Source of the DNA: a virus
Taxonomy: Duplodnaviria; Caudoviricetes
Direction: 5' to 3' (one strand)
Virus record (IMG/VR): IMGVR_UViG_2547132424_000002
Length of the DNA: 64,000 bases
Shown: positions 44,901 to 54,599 of the stretch, one piece after another
Layout of the letters: each line of letters opens with the position of its first letter
Position numbering within the stretch: position 1 is the first letter of the stretch
The notes under the pieces: generated by a model
What the model was told of the DNA's origin: nothing
What the model saw: the letters and a program-made list of their open reading frames with translations, nothing else
The model's database searches: none
Position numbers and translations under genes: made by a program

Positions 44901-47554
44901 AGCCCGACTTCGATGCTCTGATCGACCGGCTCAGCGGCATGGGCGACGGCGGCCGCGAGGCCGCCCACCAGCTGACTGTCCTGCGCGACGAATGGTCACT
45001 GGACGCCAGCGCGGTCTCGCCGGTGACCAAGGCGATCGCCGACCTCGGCGACAAGAACAAGGACGCCGCGGGCAGCATCGACGCGGCGACCCAGGCATTG
45101 GAACGGCAGCGCAAGAGCGGCCTGACGCTCGAGGACGCCCAGGTCAAGGTCAACGAGGCACTGGCCGGTTTCGCGGCCAACTCCGACGCCGCCAGCGGCG
45201 CCGTGATCCGCGCCGACGGCAGCATCGACTCCACCACCGCCAAGGGCCGCGAACTCTACGCACTGCTGAACAACCAGCTCGGCCCGGCGTGGGAGCAAGT
45301 CACCACCGCGGCCTACCGGGACGCGATCCAGCACGGGAAGACCGCCGACGAAGCGAAGGCCGCCGCGCAGCAGATGTCCACCGACATCCGCGACTCGGCG
45401 CTCAAGCAGATCGAATCCATGGGCTACACCCAGCAGCAAGCCGAAACGCTTCTGCAGCACTACATCCCGCTGTCGGGGAACTTCAACGCCGTCTTCACCG
45501 CGGATACCAGCCAGGCCACCACAGCGATCGGGCAGTACGAGACCTTCCTGAAGGGGGTCATCGACAAGCAGGGCCAGCTGCCGGTATGGATGCAGCTGCA
45601 GACCCTCGGCATCACCGGCACCCAGCACACCCCCGGACTGTCGGTTCAGGGCAATCCGAACGCCGCACCGCCACCGTCCTGGTACCAGTACCTCGAGACC
45701 GGGCCCGGCCACGCTGCGGGCGGCCGGCTGCCCAGTCGGGGACCCGGGACCGAACGCCGTGACGGCATCCTCGCGGTCGACGCCGCCGGCATGCCGCGCG
45801 CGCGGGTCGACGGCGGCGAGTGGGTCGTCAATTCCGACAGCTCGACGAAATACGACCGGGAACTGCGGCATATCAATGCGGGCACCTTCCCCAAGCTGCC
45901 CGGCTACACCGATGGCGGTGTCATCGGCCAAGATCCAGCGCAGCAGCAGCCTGCCCAGCAGCAGCCCGACAAGAGTGCCGCCGCGGCCGCCCTGGACCAG
46001 TTCGCGCAGTCCCGGGCCGGACAGCCCTACGGCGGTTTCGAGGACTGCTCCGGCTACATCAGCGAGCTGGCGAACATCGCGATCGGCCTGCCGCCCGGCG
46101 CCGGGCGCATGGGCACCTCGACCGAAGGACCGTGGCTCGGTGCGCACGGATTCCAGTCCGGTGCAGGCGGTTACGGCGACTTCCGGGTCGGGTGGATCAA
46201 CGATCCGTCGATGCCCGAAGGCGGCCACACCGCGGGCACCCTGCCGTCCGGAGTCAACGTGGAGTCGGGCGGGGCCACCAACACGGTGATGTACGGCGGG
46301 GCCGCGATCGGCGCGAACTCGCCGATGTTCACCGACCACATGTACCTGCCGATGATCTCCGGCGGCGCGCAAACCAGCGGCGTCGGCGGCCTGGCCACCG
46401 GCACAGACGCGAACACCCAGCAGGTGCTGTATCCGCAAGCGCCCCTGCCGAACCGGGTGCCGTCCAAGCAGCTGCAGAAGCAGCAGAACCAGGCCGCGGT
46501 CGACGCTGCCAACAGCGAGCGCAACCGCGTCTACGCCGACCCGAAGTCAACCCCGCAGGACAAACAGGCCGCGGACTACAAATACCTCCAGGCGCAGAAC
46601 ACGCTGTCGGAGGGCAACCAGGGCGACGACCAGGATCTGCTGTCGCTGCAGGGAATCTTCACGCGCGCGGCGCCGATCCTCGCGACCGGTCTGCTGTCGG
46701 CGTTCGGGCTCGAAAACTCTGTCCTGTCGTCGAACAATCCGTACAACCGGGCCCTGAACGGCGTCGTCAACTACTACGGCATCCCGGGCCTCGACGGCAC
46801 CGGCGCAGGCGGCGGGTACGCGTATGCGCCGAAGAACCTCCCCAGCCTGGTCACCACGTTCACCCCGCAGGTCCCGGCCGGCCAGACCGGGGCGGATGCC
46901 CAGCCCGGATCCAGCGCAGCGACCGGTGTCGCCGGTGGCGTGGTCGACACCGTGAAACAGGTTGTACGCGACCAGGGTTGGGATACCGGCCCGGAGTGGA
47001 ACGCGCTCGACCAGCTGGTGTCGCACGAGTCATCGTGGAATCCGAATGCCCAGAACCCCGCCTCGACCGCGTACGGGCTGTTCCAGTTCCTGGACCAGAC
47101 CTGGGCGACCGTCGGCGGCAGCAAAACCTCGGACCCGGCACTACAGGCCACCTACGGCGAACGCTACATCCAGCAGCGTTACGGCGACCCGGCCTCGGCA
47201 TGGGCGTTCTGGCAGAACCAGAGCCCGCATTGGTACGACGACGGCGGCATCGCCAACGGGGTCGGATTCCTCGCGAAAAATGTCCTGCAGCCGGAGCGGG
47301 TGCTCAGCCCGCGCCAGACCGCGACCTTCGATTCGGCCCTGCCGCTGCTGGAGTCGATCAACGCGGCTGCTTGGTCGACAGACCGCATCCAACCGCACGC
47401 ATTCGGGCAAGCCTCAGCTGGCGCGCCTAGCGGCGGTTACACGTTTTCGCCGGTCGTGAACGCGCGGGTCGCCGATGTAGGTGACCTGGTGGACCGGGTC
47501 GCGCGCGAGGGCGACAAGCACGCGATCGGGCGGATGGCGGCGTTGCCGGTATGA
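41957..47554 (+). CDS. Tape measure protein with C-terminal NlpC/P60-like peptidase and lytic transglycosylase domains
   Basis: 1865 aa, Ala-rich; FEDCSGY...GHTAG; ESSWNPNAQNPASTAYGLFQFL. Confidence 0.95.
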   Translation: MPTYDAGTAAIRVRPSFKDFVNQAKAELKAMGLEASVRLDADTAAAQLEVQGFRAEAERQVNVTVDADVAAAETAVDGFKAEAGRTVEVKVDADVASAEAAVDEFKAEAERTVDVKVDADTAAAETETEAFRQTQQKRPVKVPVKGDLDAFQRDLIRQLDQITTNAQLKVPLSADGEKLRRDIQRTADEIRQALSKPIPDDAGIAANLRRSLQQSVVDFRTGIENDLRGLGSSLVAIEPKADTTKLKSDLSSLKSNLGEAASLTLKVTGVIGAAGAIADLLAIADAAGVASRAVGLIPAIGFAGLAGIGSAAVGFKGIPDVFKALKQQSDGASASAKKQRDSTFDVSEAQYRLKQSQDAAADSARNSLRSQQDLNEAYRDGSRSLRDMNDQLEDQKLATQDASLGVEEAAKRLQEIQNDPSADSITRRRALLTYQQNVQRLKEERNHTQDLAQDTAEANAAGVEGSKQVVDGKDKVTASAKAQAAAEHEVVAAAEQLRRAQEEATSASGGGNKLNDALAKLSPNAKDLVADIRSIGPAWTDVRKSGQDAITGHLGPDIQYLADQQLPNAKAGIVGINTAINSGLRGVLASLSSETNKLDFRKTLDNTTEGFANAARGAKPFTDGLTKLVTVGSDFLPQMGLSVEQMSIKFDNLIQRTAADGSLKRWIQSGIDSGRELLRITEHIGSSIASIFRAAGGDGETLRSIDEMTGHLAAFLKSAEGQSDMRRLFEGMRAEAAKLEPILRDVPELLGAVSSGFRTWGDIALPILHGIADLLAAHPGLVQAAILAYVGFKTIKPIIDGASTAVDALARSAGDAAGEAKGVGKLKIAASGLVGLLGSPWTIAFTAAGAVFAGFVSETGKGNDALARFKSQAEGALAADRDLQKALGASHGATDEGVLTAETNSVKQLRDAWAANARDIPTWRDKLKLAPAVYAAPFVGTGVFDTENTREDTDRASQAAQRALDSVGLANDQLAQKITGSKPDFDALIDRLSGMGDGGREAAHQLTVLRDEWSLDASAVSPVTKAIADLGDKNKDAAGSIDAATQALERQRKSGLTLEDAQVKVNEALAGFAANSDAASGAVIRADGSIDSTTAKGRELYALLNNQLGPAWEQVTTAAYRDAIQHGKTADEAKAAAQQMSTDIRDSALKQIESMGYTQQQAETLLQHYIPLSGNFNAVFTADTSQATTAIGQYETFLKGVIDKQGQLPVWMQLQTLGITGTQHTPGLSVQGNPNAAPPPSWYQYLETGPGHAAGGRLPSRGPGTERRDGILAVDAAGMPRARVDGGEWVVNSDSSTKYDRELRHINAGTFPKLPGYTDGGVIGQDPAQQQPAQQQPDKSAAAAALDQFAQSRAGQPYGGFEDCSGYISELANIAIGLPPGAGRMGTSTEGPWLGAHGFQSGAGGYGDFRVGWINDPSMPEGGHTAGTLPSGVNVESGGATNTVMYGGAAIGANSPMFTDHMYLPMISGGAQTSGVGGLATGTDANTQQVLYPQAPLPNRVPSKQLQKQQNQAAVDAANSERNRVYADPKSTPQDKQAADYKYLQAQNTLSEGNQGDDQDLLSLQGIFTRAAPILATGLLSAFGLENSVLSSNNPYNRALNGVVNYYGIPGLDGTGAGGGYAYAPKNLPSLVTTFTPQVPAGQTGADAQPGSSAATGVAGGVVDTVKQVVRDQGWDTGPEWNALDQLVSHESSWNPNAQNPASTAYGLFQFLDQTWATVGGSKTSDPALQATYGERYIQQRYGDPASAWAFWQNQSPHWYDDGGIANGVGFLAKNVLQPERVLSPRQTATFDSALPLLESINAAAWSTDRIQPHAFGQASAGAPSGGYTFSPVVNARVADVGDLVDRVAREGDKHAIGRMAALPV

Positions 47555-48474
47555 GAGGCGTTGACTTCATGCAACTGACCCTGATCGGGTGCACCGGCCG
47601 CCGGTGGACGATCTCCGGGCCCGGTCAGGGCATGGGTGGTGTCGAGCTCATGCCCAAGCCGAAAGCCTTCTACGACTCCCCAGCGGTCACCTACTGGATC
47701 AAATCGGGTGGCGCGAAGCAGAAGTACCAGGGGTACTCGTTCAAGCGGCGCGATCCGCTGTTCGGGCTGGTCATCTCCGGCGACGACCCGGAAGATGATC
47801 TGTACATCGCCGACCAGGTCCGGACCGACCTGGGCATGTACGACGAGACGTTCTGGCTCGAGGCCAAGACCCGCTACGGCGTGCGCCGTCTCGAGATGCG
47901 TCTGCTGGAGGACCCGAAGGCGTTCGAGTCCGGGGACTGGGAGGGGAAGACCCCGGGAATGATGCAGGCCAACACCATCATGGTGTCGGCCGCGTGCGAG
48001 CAACCCCACTGGGCCGCCGACCCGGTCACCTCCGACTGGGAGGTCACCGCCGGCGGGAACGCGACCAACCCGGAGTTCGAGCACCCCGGCAATCCCGGTG
48101 ATGTCGCGATCTTCCCGCGCTGGACGCTCAACGCTCCAGCCGATGAGTGGGAGATCCCGGATCCGTCGTTCGGGCAGGAGCTCGACTTCCAGCGCCAGCC
48201 CGGCGAGGACGCGAACCTCACCTACAAGGTCGTGCAGCTGCTGGCCGGTGAGGACGTCGAGCTCAACACCAACCCGGACGAGCCGTTCATGCTCACCGTC
48301 TCGGGCGGGTTCGGGCCCTGGATGCGTTCGAGCGGAAGGGAACTCATCTACCCGGTGAAGGCCCGCACCGAACCGTTCGAGACCACGGTGTCGGTGACCG
48401 GCGCGGTCGCCGGGGCCACGGCCACGCTCGAGCTGGACCGCTGGTACTCGCGGCCGTTCGGGGCGACGCTGTGA
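47551..48474 (+). CDS. Distal tail (Dit-like) minor tail protein
   Basis: Follows TMP; IFPRWTL motif. Confidence 0.82.
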   Translation: MRGVDFMQLTLIGCTGRRWTISGPGQGMGGVELMPKPKAFYDSPAVTYWIKSGGAKQKYQGYSFKRRDPLFGLVISGDDPEDDLYIADQVRTDLGMYDETFWLEAKTRYGVRRLEMRLLEDPKAFESGDWEGKTPGMMQANTIMVSAACEQPHWAADPVTSDWEVTAGGNATNPEFEHPGNPGDVAIFPRWTLNAPADEWEIPDPSFGQELDFQRQPGEDANLTYKVVQLLAGEDVELNTNPDEPFMLTVSGGFGPWMRSSGRELIYPVKARTEPFETTVSVTGAVAGATATLELDRWYSRPFGATL

Positions 48475-50183
48475 CCACCGCGACGCTGCCGTCCCACGCC
48501 GATATCGCCGCGGGCGCGCAATTGCGGCGCGACGCGCTGAATGCGATGCGTCGCGCACGACCTCTCCCCCGGCTCTGGACCAACAAAAAGGACGGCTCAC
48601 CAGGACTCGAATTGATGGGTTCGGCAGAGGATTCCATCACCGGCGCGTTCCCGTTCAAACGGAACCAGTTCGGCACCTCCGGAACCCTCACGATCCGACT
48701 GGATCACTATCTCGCCAAATGGCTCATCTCCATCCCGGATGATCCCGAAGCGAAAAAAAACGTCGTCATCACCGTCGACCACTACGGCGGAAAAGTACGC
48801 TGGTCAGGGCTACTGAAGTACTTCAAGGCGGTCAAGAAGAACGGCCTGTGGTATTTGGAAGTCACGTTTATTGACGACCTGCAGTACCTGCAGTTCCTGT
48901 TGGGTGCACCCAATCCTGTTCTCCCAATTTCAATCTTCCAATTTCCGCGCGTACTACCCATTTTCGGGCCCGCGAAATGGGCAATTTCCATGATGATCCT
49001 GCTGAATCTCATCAGGATCGAGGGAAATCTCTGGAATTTGCCAGATGATCCATTTGCGGTGGGGTCGTGGAATGGATTATTCGATTGGTCGTCGTGGCAG
49101 GTTCTGATCAAGGCCAAGGCGATCGACCTCGACGACTCCAGCGTGTGGACGCTGCTCGCGACCCGCATGAACCGCATGGACCAGGTCATCCAGAACGCCT
49201 TGGACGACGCGCAGCTGACCATGCGGTACCGGCGCATCCTCACCGTCGACGGCGAGGTCTCCGATGTGCCCGGCGTACCCGAGGTCGCCAACGGCGCGTT
49301 GGTCCTCGAGGTGGTCGACACCAGCGGCTACTACTCACCGGATGGTGTCGCGACCGGCGGCGGGATCGTCGGCGGATTCGCCCGCACCGTACAAGGTTTC
49401 GCGTCCGGCTTCGTCGAGGACGTGCAGACGATCGCCGGTGACGTCGAGTCCTGGCCTGCCAGCTACTACGACGACGGCTACATCGGGCCCGGCGATCCGA
49501 CACGAACGTGGATCGTCCTACGGGACAGCAAGTATTCGAACATCGAAACATCGGAGTGGACGTGGGGTCCGGCCACCGCGGCGCGCGCGATAGCCGGCGG
49601 CGACAACCCGCTCATCGACAACCTCGCCCACCTCACGATCGAGTCGATCGGCGCGCTGATCGGATACTTCTGCCTCGGCGGATTCTCCGGCCTTGGCAGC
49701 ATCGTCGCGGACGTGGTCATGCCGTTCCTCGTCGGGACCATTTTCGCGTGGGTCGAGTGGCAAAACCACACGCGCGCACACAATTTGGGCTGGGCACACC
49801 TGTGGGAAGTCCTCGCCCAGGGCGCGGAGAACAACGCCTGGTCCCTCGGCACCATCGTCGCGTTGCGCGGCGCGTTCCTGTCCACCGCCAGCCAGGCATC
49901 CCACGTCATGGAAATGGGCTCCGGCGGCAGGTTCCTGCCCGGCCTGATGTTCATGCCCGGCGACCGCGTCGGCTCCACATTCGAGCAGGCCACGGCCACG
50001 ATCCGCGTGGACCTGTGCGAAGAGATCGACCTGTCGTGGGACTACGAGTCCGACCGGCCGCACGAGTACCGCGCGAAGATCGGCCTGGCGCAGGCCACCA
50101 TGTCGCTCGCCGAGCGGCAAGCCCGCCAGATCTCCTTCGCACTATCGGTCATCGCGAACATCGGCGTCCACCTCCTGTCCTGA
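48471..50183 (+). CDS. Baseplate hub / minor tail protein
   Basis: RWSGLL, LGAPNPVLP, GDRVG motifs typical of actinophage hub proteins. Confidence 0.85.
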   Translation: MTTATLPSHADIAAGAQLRRDALNAMRRARPLPRLWTNKKDGSPGLELMGSAEDSITGAFPFKRNQFGTSGTLTIRLDHYLAKWLISIPDDPEAKKNVVITVDHYGGKVRWSGLLKYFKAVKKNGLWYLEVTFIDDLQYLQFLLGAPNPVLPISIFQFPRVLPIFGPAKWAISMMILLNLIRIEGNLWNLPDDPFAVGSWNGLFDWSSWQVLIKAKAIDLDDSSVWTLLATRMNRMDQVIQNALDDAQLTMRYRRILTVDGEVSDVPGVPEVANGALVLEVVDTSGYYSPDGVATGGGIVGGFARTVQGFASGFVEDVQTIAGDVESWPASYYDDGYIGPGDPTRTWIVLRDSKYSNIETSEWTWGPATAARAIAGGDNPLIDNLAHLTIESIGALIGYFCLGGFSGLGSIVADVVMPFLVGTIFAWVEWQNHTRAHNLGWAHLWEVLAQGAENNAWSLGTIVALRGAFLSTASQASHVMEMGSGGRFLPGLMFMPGDRVGSTFEQATATIRVDLCEEIDLSWDYESDRPHEYRAKIGLAQATMSLAERQARQISFALSVIANIGVHLLS

Positions 50184-50235
50184 TCCGCACCCCGGCCGCG
50201 ATCCCGGGTGCTTCAACGAAAAGGCGGTCACCCCA

Positions 50236-50763
50236 ATGGATTCCAACGGTCTACTGCGTGCCGCACCGATCACGCAGGAGAACGCCGACCAGACCGACCC
50301 ACGCCAGAAACACGCATGGGCACTGCGCGCGATGCCAGCGCCGAACAAACAGATGGGCGACGTGCCGCTGTATCCGTCGGTCAGCGGCGACTTCTCCGAG
50401 CGGCTCGAAGCGTTCGGGTACGTCCACGACCCGACCCGGCAGACGCTGTTCGTCATCGAGGGCGACCATCCCGAAGCGGGCTACCTGAACGTCCCGAAGC
50501 TGGTGGACCGCAAGGAATACGACGAATACCTCGCGGCCCGCGCCGATACGGACGCCGCCGCCGATACATGGCGGGCGACCGCGGAGGCCGCGCTGGAGAA
50601 GCTCGACCCGAAGCTGCTGAACCGCATCAACGCGATGACCGACGAGCAGAAGGCCGCCGAGCGGGAGCGGCAGAAGCAGCAACTCCCGGCCGCGTTCCAG
50701 CGGCTCGAGGAAATCGCCGGGAACGCCCAGAAAAAGACCAGCGAGGAGACCGACGGTGACTGA
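50236..50763 (+). CDS. DUF2744-like minor tail-associated protein
   Basis: PRQKHAWAL, SERLEAFGYVHDP. Confidence 0.7.
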   Translation: MDSNGLLRAAPITQENADQTDPRQKHAWALRAMPAPNKQMGDVPLYPSVSGDFSERLEAFGYVHDPTRQTLFVIEGDHPEAGYLNVPKLVDRKEYDEYLAARADTDAAADTWRATAEAALEKLDPKLLNRINAMTDEQKAAERERQKQQLPAAFQRLEEIAGNAQKKTSEETDGD

Positions 50764-51349
50764 ACATCTCCTCCCCTACGACCGGTCCATCGTGCCGCAG
50801 GAAACCGGCTGGTGGTGCGGCCCGGCATCCACTCAGGTGGTGCTGTCCGGGCGCGGAATCGTCGCGGCCGAGCCGGATCTGGCTCGGCTGATCGGCACCA
50901 CCTACGACGGCACCAGCGACATCAACCTGATCGTGCCGATCCTCAACCGGTACCTCGGCGACGGCCTGTATGCCTCCCGGCGCATGCCGGCCGACCCGCC
51001 CACCGGCGACCAGGTCACGCAGCTCTGGCGCGACATCACCACCTCGATCGACGCCGGATACGGCATGGTCGCCAACATCGTCGCCCCGCCGAGCAACTAC
51101 CCGCGCGGCGTGAAGAACAGCGTCTCGCCCGCCTACTCCGGCGGCACGGTCTACCACTACATCGCGCTCATGGGCTACGACGATGGCCCCGCCCGGGCGG
51201 TGTGGGTCGCCGATTCAGGGTTCCGCCCGTTCGGCTACTGGATCTCGTTCGACCAGCTGGCTTCGCTGATTCCACCGAAAGGATATGCGGCCATACAGCA
51301 TTCGCTGTGGGCCGACATCCTCACCCAGTTCATCGGACCGAGGAGATAG
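50756..51349 (+). CDS. Lysin A peptidase module (C39-like)
   Basis: QETGWWCGPAS, YHYIALMGY, ADSGF, PPKGY. Confidence 0.88.
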   Translation: MTEHLLPYDRSIVPQETGWWCGPASTQVVLSGRGIVAAEPDLARLIGTTYDGTSDINLIVPILNRYLGDGLYASRRMPADPPTGDQVTQLWRDITTSIDAGYGMVANIVAPPSNYPRGVKNSVSPAYSGGTVYHYIALMGYDDGPARAVWVADSGFRPFGYWISFDQLASLIPPKGYAAIQHSLWADILTQFIGPRR

Positions 51350-51351
51350 CG

Positions 51352-52371
51352 ATGGGCAGCGGACCGATCCCCGTCCGGCTCGACACACCGATCCTGTTCG
51401 ACACCGGCGCCGTGGTCGGCGCGGTCGCCGACCCTGCCGCCGCGCTCGACGGCACGAAATACTGCGGCCGGATCTTCTACCTGCGGCGGGCGGACTGGGC
51501 GCGCACCGGATACCCGGACACGATCAGCCGCAGCGAGGCCGACTCCTACAAACGCCACGGCCGCGCGATCGTCCTCAACTTCGAGGACTCCGCGGCGAAC
51601 TGGTGCCTCGGCGGGTACGCGGTCGGCCGGGACCGCGGTGAAGTCGCCGCGCAGCAGCTGGCCGCGATCGGCTGCGACACCGCCCCGGTCTACATGTCCG
51701 CGGACTTCCGGCCCGCCAACTCCGGCGAGATGAACGCGGTCATGGAGTGCCTGCGCGGTTTCCAGGAATCCTCGCTCGGCCCTCGCGGCCGCGCGATCTA
51801 CGGGTTCGCGCCGACGATGCGAGAAGCCAAGGCGCGCAACCTCGCTGACTTCTATTGGATGTGTGGCGACGGCCGCGAACTCTTCGACGGCGACTGGCGC
51901 TCCGGCGTCCGGACGCCGGATCTCGCGCACGTGAACCTGTGGCAGCAGAACAACGAGCAGCCCTACCTGGCTGGCGCGCAGGTCGACGACAACTACGTGC
52001 TCACCCCCACCAATTACGGCCAATGGCAGGAGAAACCGATGGCAGATGAAGCACAGCAAGTCGCGACCCAACTCCTGGGCCCCGACGGCAAGGGCTGGAA
52101 CATCCTCGGCATCGCGGCCGAGACCGCCCCCAACCGCAACCGGTACCTCGTCGAGGCATTCGCTGTGGCGCTCACCCAGCTGTGCGGCGACGCCAACTTC
52201 GGCGGCTGGCTGCAGCTCGGCGACGGCCCGGACGCCGACGCCGCACGCGCCGACCGCGCCGATGCCGCAAAGCGGACCCTCGTCGACGGCATCGCCCAGG
52301 TAATGGCGCAGAACGCACAAATCCTCGCCCAGAACGAACAGATCCTCGCCGCACTGAAGGAGCAGAAGTGA
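51352..52371 (+). CDS. Lysin A glycoside hydrolase module (DUF1906-like TIM barrel)
   Basis: IVLNFE, PVYMSADF, IYG, VNLWQ, VDDN; separate RBS and ATG. Confidence 0.82.
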   Translation: MGSGPIPVRLDTPILFDTGAVVGAVADPAAALDGTKYCGRIFYLRRADWARTGYPDTISRSEADSYKRHGRAIVLNFEDSAANWCLGGYAVGRDRGEVAAQQLAAIGCDTAPVYMSADFRPANSGEMNAVMECLRGFQESSLGPRGRAIYGFAPTMREAKARNLADFYWMCGDGRELFDGDWRSGVRTPDLAHVNLWQQNNEQPYLAGAQVDDNYVLTPTNYGQWQEKPMADEAQQVATQLLGPDGKGWNILGIAAETAPNRNRYLVEAFAVALTQLCGDANFGGWLQLGDGPDADAARADRADAAKRTLVDGIAQVMAQNAQILAQNEQILAALKEQK

Positions 52372-52604
52372 CCGCCTCCCTGAATCCCTTCGCCTACAAG
52401 CCCGCCCAGATCGCCAAGGCACTGGTCGCGACGGTCACCGCGGTGATCGCCCTCGCCGGACTCCTCGCGAACGCACTCACCACCGGCGGCCTGGCCTCGG
52501 CTGGCGGCTGGGTCGGTGGCGTCGCCATCGTGCTGGGCCCGGTGCTGGTGTTCCTCCAGAGAATGGAGAAGGTGGCCGAGGACATCGACCCGGGGGCCGA
52601 GTGA
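52368..52604 (+). CDS. Holin
   Basis: Two TM helices (IAKALVATVTAVIAL...), follows lysin. Confidence 0.75.
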   Translation: MTASLNPFAYKPAQIAKALVATVTAVIALAGLLANALTTGGLASAGGWVGGVAIVLGPVLVFLQRMEKVAEDIDPGAE

Positions 52605-53029
52605 ATCGGGTGCCGGCCATGGAACCCGCGGTCGCCCGCTCGTTCACACGGTTGACCGCGCTGCTGATGCTCGTGTTCGCGGGCGTCTACGGTCTGATCA
52701 CCATCGTCGGCGGCGCCGCACGGTGGGGAGCGCCCGCCTACGAAGTGGCACTGCAGGTGCCCGGGTCACCGCAATCGTGGGGCGCGGTGCTGTTCGGAGC
52801 GTCGGTGGTCGGGCTGCTGGGCTTCGCGACCGGCGCACTACCGGTGATCATGGTCGGGTTCGCGCTATGTGCGGGGTGGGCCACCTGCTTCGCATTGTGT
52901 ATCGGAGTTGTCGCTGCGCGGAATGAGTCGGTCGGGTGGGGCGGTGTGGTGACATGGGCGTTCCTCGCTCTCCTGTACGCCGCGTGCACCGCCGCCGGCG
53001 GGAGCCGCTTCCATGCGCCCGCTGTTTGA
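52601..53029 (+). CDS. Four-TM membrane protein (lysis cassette)
   Basis: Four hydrophobic segments. Confidence 0.75.
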   Translation: MNRVPAMEPAVARSFTRLTALLMLVFAGVYGLITIVGGAARWGAPAYEVALQVPGSPQSWGAVLFGASVVGLLGFATGALPVIMVGFALCAGWATCFALCIGVVAARNESVGWGGVVTWAFLALLYAACTAAGGSRFHAPAV

Positions 53030-53468
53030 GTGGCTCGGTCGCGCGCTCGATATCGAGTCGGTACGTCACTACCAGGTCGTCGTTTACGCGGCCGTATTCG
53101 GTGCTGGCGTACAGGGTTTGGTTCTGAGGGAAACACCGAACGCAGTCGGCCAGCAGATCGGCCCCTGCTTCCAGTTCTTCTGGCTGGGGCTGCTGGTGCT
53201 GTGTCCGGTGCTGACGTTTCTGGGGATGTGGGTGGAGCGACGCCACATCGCGGGGTTGTGGCTGCAGGTGGCCGGTGACGCGGGGGTGTCTTTCGCCCTG
53301 CTCGCCTATACGGCCGCCATCGGGCACGCCACCTTCGCGGGACGCGCCACGTTCGCGATGTGGATCGCACTCGCATTGAGTGTGTGCGCCTTCGCGCTCG
53401 TGATCCGAGGCGTCCGGAAATTACGGACGGTGTCGCGAATTGTGAGAAAGCTGGAGGTCGATGAGTGA
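53013..53468 (+). CDS. Four-TM membrane protein (lysis cassette)
   Basis: Four hydrophobic segments. Confidence 0.75.
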   Translation: MRPLFEWLGRALDIESVRHYQVVVYAAVFGAGVQGLVLRETPNAVGQQIGPCFQFFWLGLLVLCPVLTFLGMWVERRHIAGLWLQVAGDAGVSFALLAYTAAIGHATFAGRATFAMWIALALSVCAFALVIRGVRKLRTVSRIVRKLEVDE

Positions 53469-53793
53469 AGCACTCAACCTGGGGAATCTTTTAGTCGGCT
53501 CCGGCGTATCCGCCGTTGTTGTCGCACTGATCGGCGCGATATTTCAGCGCCGCATGAACCAGGCGAATTATGCCGACGCGCTGGTCAAGACCAGCAATGA
53601 ATTCACGAAACGTGTCGACGAAGCAAACGAGAAGCTCTCGAAAAAGGTCGACGGTCTCGAAAAGAAGGTCGAGACCCTGAACGACAACATCGATGAGCTG
53701 TGCGACCTGCTACGCGAGGCCATCCCCACATTGCAAGCCAGCGGCCACGATGCGCTCGCCGAGCGCATGCGCGCCGCCATCCTGCGCAACTGA
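53461..53793 (+). CDS. Single-TM coiled-coil protein (lysis cassette)
   Basis: N-terminal TM helix then heptads (KLSKKVDGLEKKVETL). Confidence 0.75.
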   Translation: MSEALNLGNLLVGSGVSAVVVALIGAIFQRRMNQANYADALVKTSNEFTKRVDEANEKLSKKVDGLEKKVETLNDNIDELCDLLREAIPTLQASGHDALAERMRAAILRN

Positions 53794-53816
53794 TCTGTTG
53801 CGGAACGGAGAAATCT

Positions 53817-54599
53817 GTGACCGTTAAATACGGGAAGACGCCTGCCCGGATCAACTCGGTACAGCTGAATCTGTCGGACTATTTCGACCACACTGCTGTG
53901 CTGCCGAAAATACCGGCAGAATTCGGGCACGAACGCCTGGTGACCGCGTGGGAAATGCTCGCGAACAATCAGGTCGGCGATTGCGTGTGGGCTGGCGCGG
54001 CGCACGAAACAATGCTGTGGGGCCGCGAAGCCGGACGTGACGTGAAATTCACCGACGAATGCGTGCTGGCGGACTACACCGCGGTCACCGGATTCGACCC
54101 ATCGCAAGCCGACCCGTACACCGGGGAGAACCCGACCGATCAGGGCACCGACATGCAGGCCGCGGCGTCCTACCGGCGCCGAATCGGGATCGTCGACACC
54201 CTCGGCAACCGGCACCAGGTCGCCGCCTACGTCGCACTCACACCCGGTGACCCGGACCAGCTCGCTGCCGCGGCCTACGTCTTCGGCGCCGTCGGTATCG
54301 GGCTGCGGGTCCCGGCCTACGCCGAGGACGAGTTCTCGGCCAAGAAGCCGTGGGACGTCCGGCACGGCAACGCCACCATCGTCGGCGGCCACTACGTGCC
54401 CGTGATCTCCCGCCGCGACGGCAACTTCGACGTCGTCACATGGGGCGCGATCCAGCAGATGACCCCCATGTTCTACCGCCGCTACTGCGACGAGGCCATC
54501 GTCTACTTCTCGCGTGAATTCCTCACCGCCGACATCAGCCCCGAAGGCTTCGACCTCGCGCAGTTGCAGGCCGACCTGAAGGTGTTCGCCCGGCGATGA
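53817..54599 (+). CDS. Papain-like cysteine peptidase
   Basis: NNQVGDCVWA (Gln/Cys), GGHYV (His), VTWG. Confidence 0.72.
   Translation: MTVKYGKTPARINSVQLNLSDYFDHTAVLPKIPAEFGHERLVTAWEMLANNQVGDCVWAGAAHETMLWGREAGRDVKFTDECVLADYTAVTGFDPSQADPYTGENPTDQGTDMQAAASYRRRIGIVDTLGNRHQVAAYVALTPGDPDQLAAAAYVFGAVGIGLRVPAYAEDEFSAKKPWDVRHGNATIVGGHYVPVISRRDGNFDVVTWGAIQQMTPMFYRRYCDEAIVYFSREFLTADISPEGFDLAQLQADLKVFARR

Noticed and set aside
42884-44968. 694 aa minus-strand ORF and similar long antisense ORFs (e.g. 32279-34621, 61573-63108)
   Set aside because: Shadow ORFs opposite well-supported genes, expected in high-GC DNA; no motifs.
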